Source of the DNA: an uncultured Terriglobales bacterium
Lineage (GTDB): Bacteria > Acidobacteriota > Terriglobia > Terriglobales > Acidobacteriaceae
NCBI GenBank assembly: GCA_964490255.1
Contig: CAZBCQ010000001.1
Span: 1,535 to 65,534 of the forward strand
Length of the DNA stretch: 64,000 nucleotides
Direction: 5' to 3'
Shown here piece by piece: positions 53,294-62,862 of this stretch; within the stretch, counting starts at the first letter, position 1, and each line of letters opens with the position of its first letter. The notes under the pieces are model-generated. The model searched no databases. It worked only from the letters and a program-made list of their open reading frames with translations, and was not told the origin of the DNA. The position numbers and the translations under genes were made by a program.

Positions 53294-54001
53294 ATGCAAA
53301 AATTCCAGGCCCACGACAAAAAACAGCCGATGTTGATCAGTTTTTCCGGTATGGACGGCGCTGGGAAAAGCACACAAATCTCAAACTTGCGAGCGTATGC
53401 AGAAGATCTTGGGCTGCACGTTACCCAACTCGCATTCTGGGATGATGTGGTGGTGTTGAAGCCCTACCGCGAGAGCTTCGTTCAAAAAGTGTTCAAGAGC
53501 GAAAAAGGAATCGGTTCACCAGAGAAGCCCGTCGAGCGCCGGGATAAGAATGTGCGCGGGTGGCATTTGAACCTGGTGCGGCACGGGCTGTACTCGCTCG
53601 ACGCGGTTCACCTCCGCGGAGTTGCGGGACGAGCGGGGTCGAGTGAAGCTGATCTGGTGATCATGGATCGCTACATCTACGATGAGCTTGCAAATCTGCC
53701 GCTGGAGAATCCAGTAACCCGCGCCTATGTGCGTGCGGTGATGAAAATGGTGCCGCAACCGGACATAAGCTTCGTGCTGGATGCGGATCCAGTAGCAGCG
53801 CGAGCACGCAAACCAGAGTACCCGGTAGACTTTCTGCACAAATGCCGGGCTTCTTACCTGCGATTGGCGGAACTACTCGGGAACATTACGGTGGTGCCCG
53901 CGCTCGGCCTCGCGGACGCGCGCCATTTCATCGAAGTAGCGTTCCGCGCCCTGCTGGAACGCCGCCGAAGGGCACGCGCAGCAGCCTGGCGCGCTGCTTA
54001 A
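53294..54001 (+). CDS. Thymidylate-kinase-like P-loop kinase (divergent)
   Basis: From ATG 53294 the sequence reads ...MLISFSGMDGAGKSTQ (P-loop, dTMP-kinase style), then MDRYIYDE (DRY-like) and a lid-like ARARKPEY. It is the last gene of the co-directional cluster. Confidence 0.72.
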   Translation: MQKFQAHDKKQPMLISFSGMDGAGKSTQISNLRAYAEDLGLHVTQLAFWDDVVVLKPYRESFVQKVFKSEKGIGSPEKPVERRDKNVRGWHLNLVRHGLYSLDAVHLRGVAGRAGSSEADLVIMDRYIYDELANLPLENPVTRAYVRAVMKMVPQPDISFVLDADPVAARARKPEYPVDFLHKCRASYLRLAELLGNITVVPALGLADARHFIEVAFRALLERRRRARAAAWRAA

Positions 54002-54008
54002 GCTAGGT

Positions 54009-55106
54009 TCACTCAAGAAACATGCAGTCGCCGTATGAGTAGAAGCGATAGCGCTGTTCGACGGCGTGTCTGTAAGCTGCCAGGACATGCTCTTTACCTC
54101 CAAATGCCGACACCAGCATCAGCAGCGTGGACTTCGGCAAATGGAAGTTCGTGAGCATCGCGCTGACGACTTTGAAGTGGAATCCCGGATAGATGAATAG
54201 CCCCGTTTCGCCCGAGCCAGGGTGAATCGTTCCATCAAGCGCGTTTCGAGCAGCATGTTCGAGCGTTCGCACGCTGGTTGTGCCTACCGCGATGACACGT
54301 CGATGCTCCTGAAGAGCCCGCGTGATTTTTGCGGCAGCGCCCTCCGTGATCTGATACCACTCGCGATGAAGCTGATGATCTTCGACCCGCTCTTCATGGA
54401 CCGGCTGGAACGTTCCCAAACCGACGTGGAGGGTGAGTTCTGCTGTTTCGATTCGACGTGTCCCAAGTTCCGCCAGGATTTCCGGGGTGAAGTGCAGACC
54501 CGCAGTCGGAGCAGCCACGGACCCGCGCTCGCGAGCGTAGACCGTCTGATAACGTTCGCGGTCGCCGGGCTGATCGTCGCGTCCGATGTAGGGCGGCAGC
54601 GGTACGTGCCCGATGCGCTCGACGACGTCGAAGAAATCTGCCTTCCGGTTGAAGCGCAATGTGCGCTCGCCGAACTCGCCGCGGGCTGTGACTTCAGCTT
54701 CTAACTCATCGGATTCGCCGAAATAGAGATACTCGCCCACTCCGATCTTGCGCCCGGGACGAACCAGGGCCGTCCATTCGTTTGTCGCGGAGCCTGCAAC
54801 TTGCTTGACGAGTAGCGCCTCCACGCGGCCGTGAAGGAAGTCTTTCATCGCCGGATTCTGCGGGCTTAGCTGTTGTGCGCGGGCACCGCTTCGATGCCCA
54901 TAAAGCCTTGCCGGAAACACGCGCGTGTTGTTGAAGACGAGCAGGTCGCCCGGACGGAGAAGCCCAGGAAAGTCGCGAAACGACATATCGCGAAACTCGC
55001 CAGAGTGGCGACCGACGCGCAGCATGCGCGAGGCGGCGCGATCGGCAAGGGGCTCCTGCGCAATCAGATCTTCGGGTAGGTGGTAATCAAACTCGGAGAC
55101 GAGCAC
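54009..55106 (-). CDS. queA: S-adenosylmethionine:tRNA ribosyltransferase-isomerase
   Basis: 365 aa. [40 protein letters not shown] and [10 protein letters not shown] are all QueA hallmarks. Confidence 0.95.
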   Translation of the reverse strand: MLVSEFDYHLPEDLIAQEPLADRAASRMLRVGRHSGEFRDMSFRDFPGLLRPGDLLVFNNTRVFPARLYGHRSGARAQQLSPQNPAMKDFLHGRVEALLVKQVAGSATNEWTALVRPGRKIGVGEYLYFGESDELEAEVTARGEFGERTLRFNRKADFFDVVERIGHVPLPPYIGRDDQPGDRERYQTVYARERGSVAAPTAGLHFTPEILAELGTRRIETAELTLHVGLGTFQPVHEERVEDHQLHREWYQITEGAAAKITRALQEHRRVIAVGTTSVRTLEHAARNALDGTIHPGSGETGLFIYPGFHFKVVSAMLTNFHLPKSTLLMLVSAFGGKEHVLAAYRHAVEQRYRFYSYGDCMFLE

Positions 55107-55137
55107 ACACTATTTTACGATTGAGTCATGGCCCTTA

Positions 55138-56490
55138 TCAGTCGGTGGCAGAGACTCGATACAACGCCGAAGCATGCGGTCTCAGCGTGACGTTCAGTGA
55201 CGTGAGCTTAGGCTTGTTGGAGCCGCTCCACAGGTCATGCAGCTTATAATCGCCCGCGGTCAGGCCCAAATCCTTCCACTCATAGTGAAGCGACTGTTCC
55301 GCTTCGCTGATGTTGAACACGGCTATGTAGTGGTCCTCCCAGTTTTCCCCGCGCGCAGTCCATACAACAGTGTTGTCTGTGGTGACCACTGGGCGATTCT
55401 CACGCGAGTGCTGATTAACCCCAATCACCTCCGGGTTCGAGAGCAGAGAGGTGGTCCATTCGTCCATGGAGAGCAGATCGCCCCCGATCATCAGCGGAGA
55501 GCGCATCATCGACCACAGCGTCACGAGCGTGTTCTGTTCGTCACTCGTAAACTTGGTGTCGCGCACGTCACCTTCGCCGGGATGCGGTGCAAGCCGTCCG
55601 ATAGGCAGCATATCCGCGTCCGGCCAGTGTCCGGGAGCCTTGAACGAAGCCCACTGCGCCGCCGTGGTGAATTGCGCAAGAAGCCCTTGCGACCACGCGT
55701 GTCCCTCCCACGTGCCCCAGTGATCCCAGAAGTCATTGGAGATGCGCCACATTTCCGCAGATTTCGAAACTTCGTCTGCCTTGTCGAGTGCGGTCGGACC
55801 GGGTGAAAGGCTCAGCACAATGGGACGTCCAGTCTTATCGAGCGCAGCGCGAAGCATGCGGATCTCGTCCGCCTTATACGGATGGTCAGCGATGCAATCG
55901 GCTTTCACGAAATCCACGCCCCAACTCGCATACAGCTTCGCGATCGAGTCATAGTAGGCCTGCCCCGCAGCATTGTCCTTCACACCGTAGTTGTAGGCAT
56001 TCCACGGACAGACGTCGGATCGATCCGCGGCATCGGCCGCATGGAAAGACGAATCCGCGATTGGCAAATTCTTGTCTACTGCCTGGCGGGGAATACCGCG
56101 AATGATGTGGACGCCAAATTTCAGGCCTAGCGAGTGAACGTAATCCGCGAGCGGCTTGAATCCCGCTGCTTTAACTGCAGACGGATACCGCGCCGGAGCG
56201 GGGATAAAGCGTCCGTCATCGGTGAGGGCGAAACGAAACTCCTCAGGCTTCCCTCCAACATTCACGATGTACCACCCCTCGTCGATTACGACGTATTGCC
56301 ATCCGAAACGCTTCAGATGCTTCGCCATCCAGTCGGCATTCGCACGGAATTGTGATTCCGTGAGGGTCTGTCCATAGGAATCCCAGCTGTTCCAGCCCAT
56401 GGGCGGCGTGGGAGCGAGAAGTGCGTCGGCAGCAAAGAGGGGAACGGACATCGATACGAACGCGATCGTCAGGAGCGCACAGATCTTCAT
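55138..56490 (-). CDS. Secreted alpha-galactosidase-like glycoside hydrolase (GH27 family)
   Basis: ATG 56490 gives a signal peptide. PPMGWNSWDSYG, YVVIDEGW, VDFVKADC and a C-terminal beta-sandwich are typical of GH27. Confidence 0.88.
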   Translation of the reverse strand: MKICALLTIAFVSMSVPLFAADALLAPTPPMGWNSWDSYGQTLTESQFRANADWMAKHLKRFGWQYVVIDEGWYIVNVGGKPEEFRFALTDDGRFIPAPARYPSAVKAAGFKPLADYVHSLGLKFGVHIIRGIPRQAVDKNLPIADSSFHAADAADRSDVCPWNAYNYGVKDNAAGQAYYDSIAKLYASWGVDFVKADCIADHPYKADEIRMLRAALDKTGRPIVLSLSPGPTALDKADEVSKSAEMWRISNDFWDHWGTWEGHAWSQGLLAQFTTAAQWASFKAPGHWPDADMLPIGRLAPHPGEGDVRDTKFTSDEQNTLVTLWSMMRSPLMIGGDLLSMDEWTTSLLSNPEVIGVNQHSRENRPVVTTDNTVVWTARGENWEDHYIAVFNISEAEQSLHYEWKDLGLTAGDYKLHDLWSGSNKPKLTSLNVTLRPHASALYRVSATD

Positions 56491-56642
56491 GGGAATATCT
56501 TCGGCTGTCCGAATCATGCCAGCCACACAAATCTACACCGGTCGCAACTTTGCCAAACAGAATTTTCCCGGAGAGAAACTGTTGCTTTTCGATTGCATCA
56601 GCTCACTGTTCTGAACGCCGCGCGGCGTGATACAACAACCGT

Positions 56643-57770
56643 TTGCCCATGCCAGGTTATTTCAGTCGAGAGCGCTTCGGTTTGCCGCAGGCGATTGGCG
56701 CCGTGCTGCTGCTGGCGTTCGTGGCGCAGTGCGCCTGGTTTTGCGCAAAGGCGCCGCTCTCGGATGGCGAAGTGCAATATCTACATCCGGAAGCCATGCA
56801 GTCCATGCATGCAGCGGATGCGCCGTCCATTGTCTCTCCGGCGACGCACACGCTTGCGGTAGTTGTAGCAAGCATTCCAGCACCGCAGTGGGCAGACGCA
56901 GGAGGACGATTTATCCTGCGATTCCCGTTCCTCCTGATGGCAACGGCCCTGGCAGCTTCGCTATGGTACGTATCCCGGCGACTGTTTGGAAACTCCGGCG
57001 GTTACGTCGCGATGGTTCTGTACGTTTTCTCGCCATGGGCGGTGATATACGGGGCTACCATTCAACCTGGCGGTCCGGCTTCGTGGGCAGTATTCGGAAT
57101 GGTGTTCACCGGAATTGCCGTAGCGCACACACTCTATGCTCCGCGCGAAGTTGTGTTGTGGAACTGGAAGCGCATTCTGTTGCTGGGAATCTCGATCGGA
57201 CTGGCTGTCGGTTCGATCTTTGCGACCATCCTCCTGGTGCCTGCGACTGCCTTCTTCATTCTTTATCTTGCGCCGCATCGGCGTGGAGCCGCGCTGACGA
57301 TCCTTGCCGCGGCTTGCGCGTTGGGATTGTTAGTGGCATGGATCCTCTGCGCATTCCATCTGCGCGCACTGCTTCCGGACCAGGCACAGGCAGCCCTGCA
57401 GTTTTCACCCAAACTGTACAAGACATGGATCAGCTATTCCCTGGTTGCGCGCTTTCTAGCGGAGATGCCGTCGGTGCTGCTGTTATTCGTTGTAGCCCTC
57501 ACAGGCTTTGCGGCCTGGCCGAAAACTCGCTATTTCAGCACGACCGCACCGTTGATTGTGTTCGTGCTTCTGGTGTTGCTGGGGATCGGAATGCCGCACC
57601 AGGGCGGGATCGACTTCTTCCGCATCGCGCTGCCTTTTGCCTATGTGTTCATCGCGGGAGTCGTTGCCGATCTACTGCAAACCAGGTGGTCTGAGCTGAT
57701 AACCGCGGTCTTAGCGGCGATACTACTTGCACATGCAGTCTTCAGCGTAGTTGGGCTGGCGAGAATGTAA
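56643..57770 (+). CDS. Polytopic membrane protein, GT-C (ArnT/PMT-like) pattern, short form
   Basis: 375 aa and TM-rich. The segment RFPFLLMATALAASLWYVSRRLFGNSGGYVAMVLYVFSPWAVIYG resembles the conserved N-terminal region of GT39/GT83 enzymes. The overlapping ORF 56627..57694 is Arg/Cys-rich and was rejected. Confidence 0.65.
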   Translation: MPMPGYFSRERFGLPQAIGAVLLLAFVAQCAWFCAKAPLSDGEVQYLHPEAMQSMHAADAPSIVSPATHTLAVVVASIPAPQWADAGGRFILRFPFLLMATALAASLWYVSRRLFGNSGGYVAMVLYVFSPWAVIYGATIQPGGPASWAVFGMVFTGIAVAHTLYAPREVVLWNWKRILLLGISIGLAVGSIFATILLVPATAFFILYLAPHRRGAALTILAAACALGLLVAWILCAFHLRALLPDQAQAALQFSPKLYKTWISYSLVARFLAEMPSVLLLFVVALTGFAAWPKTRYFSTTAPLIVFVLLVLLGIGMPHQGGIDFFRIALPFAYVFIAGVVADLLQTRWSELITAVLAAILLAHAVFSVVGLARM

Positions 57771-57899
57771 CGGACCACTTTCGCGCTTTCAAGCGCTAGC
57801 CTTACGGCTTTCTGTCACAGAAAGGCGCTATTCAGGCCACTCACGGCAGAATCAGGTCGGTTAATAGCAGACGCGTTTCCCGCCTTTATCCCATTGTGT

Positions 57900-57921
57900 G
57901 GGCAGCCAACCTCGGCTGCCC
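57900..57921. other. 8-bp GC hairpin between convergent genes
   Basis: gggcagcc (57900-57907) pairs with ggctgccc (57914-57921). No T-run, so it is only a possible terminator for acnA or the membrane gene. Confidence 0.35.
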
Positions 57922-57924
57922 GCA

Positions 57925-60657
57925 CTAGCTCTTCGTCGATACCGACGCTACCCCCGCCGGTTCTTCTTTGCCGGACAACAACTGCCGCAGCACGTACTGC
58001 AGAATCCCGCCATGCTTGTAGTAGAGCACTTCCTGCGGGGTGTCGATGCGCAATGTGCACTTAATCTCTCTTATCAATCCGTCCGGTGACTTCGCGCGGA
58101 CGGTGATCACCGTACCCGGCTTGAAGTTATTCAGGATCGACTCGAGTCCGGTTATCTCGAAAAGTTCTTCGCCGCTCAGACCAAGCGAGTCGGCATCTTC
58201 GCCCGACATGAACTGTAGCGGCAGAATGCCCATGCCGACGAGATTTGACCGGTGGATGCGTTCGAAGCTCTCGGCAATCACGGCGCGCACTCCCTGCAGC
58301 GCGGGACCTTTGGCGGCCCAGTCACGCGAGGAGCCTGAGCCATATTCTTTGCCTGCCAGAATTACGAGCGGCACTTTTTCGCCGCGATACTTCATGGCCG
58401 CTTCGAAGATCGTCATCTCGGCTCCATCAGGCAGGTGACGCGTGTAGCCGCCCTCGCGATTGGGTACCAGCTTGTTGCGCAATCGCGTATTCGCAAATGT
58501 CCCGCGCACCATCACCTCGTGATTGCCGCGACGCGATCCGTAGGAGTTGAAGTCCTTCACGGCGACGCCGTGCTCGATCAGATATTTGCCGGCGGGACTG
58601 TCAGGCTTGATCGATCCGGCCGGGGAGATGTGGTCGGTAGTGATGCTGTGTCCAAACTTCGCGAGCACGCGCGCGCCCTTGATGTCCTTCACCGGAGGCA
58701 CCTGGGTCGACATGTCGTCGAAATACGGCGCCTTCTTAATGTACGTGGAGCTATCCTGCCACGCGAAGGTTTCGCCCTTGGGTACGTCGAGACCTCGCCA
58801 GAGCGCGTCGCCTTCAAAGACCTCCGCATACGTCTTGCGATACTGCCCGGAATTGATGGCCTGACGAATCGTATCTTCTACTTCCTTTTCAGTTGGCCAG
58901 ATGTCGCGCAGATAGACCGGGCTCCCATCCTTGCTGATGCCGAGTGGTTCGTTTACTGGATTGAAATCGATCCTGCCGGCGAGCGCAAACGCCACGACGA
59001 GCGGCGGCGACATCAAATAGTTCGCGCGCACTTCGGAGTTGATGCGGCCTTCAAAGTTGCGATTGCCCGACAGCACAGAAGCAACAACGAGATCGCTATC
59101 GTTCACAACCTGCGAAACCTCCGCGGGCAGCGGACCCGAGTTGCCGATGCAAGTCGTGCATCCGTATCCCACCAGGTTGAACCGCAGTTTCTCAAGATAG
59201 GGCGTCAGACCCGCGGCGTCGTAGTACTCAGTAACAACCTTCGAGCCAGGAGCAAGCGACGTCTTCACCCAGGGTGGAGTGGAGAGCCCGCGCTCCACGG
59301 CCTTTTTGGCGAGCAGACCGGCGGCAATCATCACCGAAGGATTCGAAGTGTTCGTACAGCTCGTGATCGCCGCGATAACGACGCTTCCATGATGCAGATT
59401 CTTGCGAATCTCATCGCCATTGGTGTGGGCAGCATCCGGCTTCGAGCTGGGCTTCATCAGGCCCGGCAATGCTTCGGAAAAGCTCTTGCCGACGGCGCCG
59501 AGGTACACGCGATCTTGCGGCCGTTTCGGCCCGGCGACGCTAGGCTCAACCGAGCCGAGATCGAGCTGCAGAATCTTGGTGTAGCTCGCCTCCGGGGAAT
59601 CAGGCGTGTGGAACATCCCCTGCTCTTTGCAGTAAGCCTCGACGAGCGCGATCTGCTCGGGCGAACGTCCGGTGAGCGCCAGGAACTTCAACGTTTCGGC
59701 GTCGATTGGGAAGATACCGCACGTAGCGCCGTACTCAGGCGCCATGTTGCCAATCGTCGCGCGATCAGCGAGCGGCAATGTATGCAGGCCGGGTCCGAAG
59801 AACTCGACAAACTTACCGACCACGCCTTCTTTACGCAGCATTTCGGTGATGGTCAGCACAAGGTCGGTGGAGGTCGAACCTTCTCGCAGTGATCCGGAGA
59901 GGCGCACACCGATGACTTGCGGGATCAACATCGACACCGGTTGATTCAGCATCGCCGCTTCGGCTTCAATGCCGCCCACGCCCCAGCCGAGCACGCCGAG
60001 CCCGTTGATCATTGTCGTATGCGAGTCGGTGCCGACAAGCGTGTCTGGGTACGCAAGCGGATTTCCGCTCGAGCCTTCCTTGCCAATGAAAACCACGCGC
60101 GCCAGATATTCCAGATTCACCTGGTGAACGATGCCGGTATCCGGCGGGACAATTGCGAAGTTCTTGAATCCAGTCTGTCCCCAGCGCAGGAATGCGTAGC
60201 GCTCCTTGTTGCGCTGGAATTCGAGTTCGGCATTGAGCAGGAAAGCCTTCGGTGTACCGAATTCATCCACCTGCACGGAGTGGTCAATCACCAGTTCCGC
60301 TGGCGAAATTGGGTTAATCTTCGCCGGATCGCCGCCCATTCGCTTCATCGCGTCGCGCATCGCGGCGAGGTCGACCACGGCAGGAACGCCGGTGAAGTCC
60401 TGCATCAAAACGCGGGCAGGCGTGAAGGCAATCTCCTGAGTAGGAATGCTCGTTGGACTCCACGAAGCAAGCGCGAGGATGTCGTCGCGGCGAACATTGC
60501 GTCCGTCTTCAGTGCGCAGCAGATTCTCAAGCAGAATGCGAAGCGAGAAAGGCAGATGCGCGGTGCTCGTCCCCTTCTTATCCAGAGAATCAATTCGATA
60601 GATTTCATACTCGCGATTGCCGACACGAAGAGTGGAACGAGCGCCAAAACTATTCAT
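57925..60657 (-). CDS. acnA: Aconitate hydratase A
   Basis: 910 aa. The N-terminus ...YEIYRIDSL..., Fe-S ligand contexts ([20 protein letters not shown]) and the C-terminal swivel domain (...[16 protein letters not shown]...) are all present. Confidence 0.97.
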   Translation of the reverse strand: MNSFGARSTLRVGNREYEIYRIDSLDKKGTSTAHLPFSLRILLENLLRTEDGRNVRRDDILALASWSPTSIPTQEIAFTPARVLMQDFTGVPAVVDLAAMRDAMKRMGGDPAKINPISPAELVIDHSVQVDEFGTPKAFLLNAELEFQRNKERYAFLRWGQTGFKNFAIVPPDTGIVHQVNLEYLARVVFIGKEGSSGNPLAYPDTLVGTDSHTTMINGLGVLGWGVGGIEAEAAMLNQPVSMLIPQVIGVRLSGSLREGSTSTDLVLTITEMLRKEGVVGKFVEFFGPGLHTLPLADRATIGNMAPEYGATCGIFPIDAETLKFLALTGRSPEQIALVEAYCKEQGMFHTPDSPEASYTKILQLDLGSVEPSVAGPKRPQDRVYLGAVGKSFSEALPGLMKPSSKPDAAHTNGDEIRKNLHHGSVVIAAITSCTNTSNPSVMIAAGLLAKKAVERGLSTPPWVKTSLAPGSKVVTEYYDAAGLTPYLEKLRFNLVGYGCTTCIGNSGPLPAEVSQVVNDSDLVVASVLSGNRNFEGRINSEVRANYLMSPPLVVAFALAGRIDFNPVNEPLGISKDGSPVYLRDIWPTEKEVEDTIRQAINSGQYRKTYAEVFEGDALWRGLDVPKGETFAWQDSSTYIKKAPYFDDMSTQVPPVKDIKGARVLAKFGHSITTDHISPAGSIKPDSPAGKYLIEHGVAVKDFNSYGSRRGNHEVMVRGTFANTRLRNKLVPNREGGYTRHLPDGAEMTIFEAAMKYRGEKVPLVILAGKEYGSGSSRDWAAKGPALQGVRAVIAESFERIHRSNLVGMGILPLQFMSGEDADSLGLSGEELFEITGLESILNNFKPGTVITVRAKSPDGLIREIKCTLRIDTPQEVLYYKHGGILQYVLRQLLSGKEEPAGVASVSTKS

Positions 60658-60785
60658 GATGTCCTCTTACCGATTGGATGAACGCAACCCAGTTCTCGAT
60701 TGGGGAGCAAACGGTCACGCTGACCGTCCCCATAGAACCCAACAGCAGAACCGCAACTTAACAGTGTAAAACAGCAGACAGCAGT

Positions 60786-62108
60786 TTAGAAATTGCCGCC
60801 GAACGCTTGATACAGCAAAAGTCCATTCAGAACCACGATCACTGTCGCCGATATGTAGGCGAGCCAATTTGTACGGCGGCTGTTGACCAGGTCGCCCATC
60901 ACCTTCGCGCGACGCGTGAGCACAATCAACGGAACCAGCGCGAACGGCAGGGTGAAGCTTAATACAACTTGCGAGAGCACCAGAATCTTCAGTGCATCGA
61001 GTTTCAGTCCAATGACAATCAGTGCCGGAAGTACGGTGACGAAGCGCCGAAGGAAGATGCTGAACTTTACTTCCAGAAAGCCCTCAATGATCACCTGACC
61101 AGCCATGGTTCCGACCGTCGATGACGATAGCCCTGACAGAAGCAGCGCTAGTCCGAAAGCCCCGGCCGACAGCGAGCCGAGCAGCGGCTTCAATGTCCGA
61201 TGAGCATCTTCAATGCTCGCGACATGTTGTCCGCTGTGAAAGAAAACCGCGGCGGCCATGATGATCATCGCGGAGTTGATCAGCCAGGCGCCGTTCATAG
61301 CGGCGAGCACATCAATGAGTTCGTAACGCGCGTGACGCAGGCGAACGATCCACTGTCCGGTAGCGCACTTGAATTCATCCCCCTGCATGCGCTTTTGCAC
61401 TAATGCCGAATGCAGATAGACGACGTGGGGCATCACCGTTGCACCGAGCATGCTCACCGCGATATAGATGCTGCTTGAATTGACCCGTGGTACCAGCACG
61501 CCGGTTGCGACCTGTGCCCAGTCGGGTTTCGCCAGGAACATTTCGATCGCGTAACAGGCGCCGATACCGAAAACGAACAACATGATGACTTGCTCGAGCG
61601 AGCGGTATCCATAGAGTTCAACGGCAAGAATGAGGAACACGAGCACCGCGGTGATCAGCGCTGCGATAAACAAATTGATGTTGAAAAGCAGGTAGAAGCC
61701 GAGAGCAGCACCGAGAAATTCCGCGAGATCGGTTGCGGCTGCCGCAAGCTCCGCGGCCATCCAAAGCAGGATCGTCGTTGGCCGCGAAAAATGAGTGCGG
61801 CAATTCTGCGGTAGGGAAAGTCCGGTCGCAATACCCAGCTTTGCGGATAGATACTGCACCAGGATGGCCATCGCATTCGACCACAGCAGCACCCACAGCA
61901 GGGTATAGCCGAAGCGCGTGCCACCTTCGATGTTGGTGGCGAAGTTGCCGGGATCGATATACGCGATGCTGGCGACGAACGCGGGACCGAAGTAAGACCA
62001 CAACTCACCACGCTTGTACGCCGGAAGAATCTTAAAGGGACTTGGAGCTTCAGGAGCGAGGGTGACCGCGGCCTTGCCGTTCAGATCCGAATTGGAGGGT
62101 TGCGACAT
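60786..62108 (-). CDS. mntH: Nramp-family divalent metal (Mn2+/Fe2+) transporter
   Basis: 440 aa with FGPAFVASIAYIDPGNFATNIEGG (the DPGN motif), 11-12 TM helices and the MPHVVYLHS motif. Confidence 0.95.
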   Translation of the reverse strand: MSQPSNSDLNGKAAVTLAPEAPSPFKILPAYKRGELWSYFGPAFVASIAYIDPGNFATNIEGGTRFGYTLLWVLLWSNAMAILVQYLSAKLGIATGLSLPQNCRTHFSRPTTILLWMAAELAAAATDLAEFLGAALGFYLLFNINLFIAALITAVLVFLILAVELYGYRSLEQVIMLFVFGIGACYAIEMFLAKPDWAQVATGVLVPRVNSSSIYIAVSMLGATVMPHVVYLHSALVQKRMQGDEFKCATGQWIVRLRHARYELIDVLAAMNGAWLINSAMIIMAAAVFFHSGQHVASIEDAHRTLKPLLGSLSAGAFGLALLLSGLSSSTVGTMAGQVIIEGFLEVKFSIFLRRFVTVLPALIVIGLKLDALKILVLSQVVLSFTLPFALVPLIVLTRRAKVMGDLVNSRRTNWLAYISATVIVVLNGLLLYQAFGGNF

Positions 62109-62111
62109 CTC

Positions 62112-62786
62112 TCAGCTCTTCCGCCTTCCATCCTTTTCGGCGATAACCCATACCTGCTCCGCCGCGACTTCCCCAAGGTGCACTTTCCCGGCCTCGGTAT
62201 CGAGAACCATCGTTTTGTCGCAGTTGCGGTCGAGCACGCGAACCGTGCTCCCTGGACGAATACCGCGTTTATCCAGATATTCGAGCAGCTTGCGATCGTG
62301 CTCCGAGGTACTACGAACGCGATAGCTGTGCCCAGCCTCTGCCGACGAGAGCAGTTGCATACCACGCTTGCGTCGCGCGGCAGCCGTCTCGGGCATCACC
62401 GGATTTCCATGCGGGCATACCCCGCCTGCCCCCAGCTTGGTTACCAGCTTGGCCTCGAAGTCGGCGGATACGGCATGCTCCAGGCGCTCAGCTTCATCGT
62501 GCGTCTTGTACCACTCCATCCCAAACTGCTCGGATAGCATCCGCTCGATCAGGTGATGTCGAACCATCAGACGGCGCGCGATCTGGCGTCCCTCGGTCGT
62601 GAGCTGCACGCGGCCGTCAGCCCGTACGGTAGCCAAGCCGTCGCGCTTCAGTCGCCGCAGCGCCATTGAAACCGCCGGTGCGGACACCGAGAGCCGATGC
62701 GCCAGCGTGGCAGAGATCACCTGCTGGCCCTCCCCTTCCGCCTCAAGGATCGCCTTGAGGTAGTCCTCCTTGGATCCGGTAATCAT
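62112..62786 (-). CDS. mntR: DtxR/MntR-family metal-dependent transcriptional repressor with C-terminal FeoA/SH3-like domain
   Basis: 224 aa with EDYLKAILE, the wHTH LAHRLSVSAPAVSMALRRLKRDGL and metal-site region RHHLIERML...EAERLEHAVS. It ends 3 nt before mntH begins on the same strand. Confidence 0.9.
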   Translation of the reverse strand: MITGSKEDYLKAILEAEGEGQQVISATLAHRLSVSAPAVSMALRRLKRDGLATVRADGRVQLTTEGRQIARRLMVRHHLIERMLSEQFGMEWYKTHDEAERLEHAVSADFEAKLVTKLGAGGVCPHGNPVMPETAAARRKRGMQLLSSAEAGHSYRVRSTSEHDRKLLEYLDKRGIRPGSTVRVLDRNCDKTMVLDTEAGKVHLGEVAAEQVWVIAEKDGRRKS

Positions 62787-62810
62787 GAAACTAGGATTAT
62801 ACCTGATACG

Positions 62811-62824
62811 TTAACTGCAGTTAA
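62811..62824. promoter_or_regulatory. Candidate operator: perfect 14-bp palindrome TTAACTGCAGTTAA upstream of the DtxR-family gene
   Basis: Read directly from the sequence. It lies 25-38 nt upstream of the ATG at 62786, in an A/T-rich 76-bp spacer. Confidence 0.4.
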
Positions 62825-62862
62825 TTAGTTGCGAAATGAGTAATAGATGAACGCGAAGACTT

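Noticed and set aside
56627-57694. 355-aa ORF overlapping the TM-rich ORF 56643..57770 in another frame.
   Set aside because: Its product is Arg/Cys/Ser-rich and non-hydrophobic. The co-located frame gives a coherent polytopic membrane protein with a GT-C-like motif.
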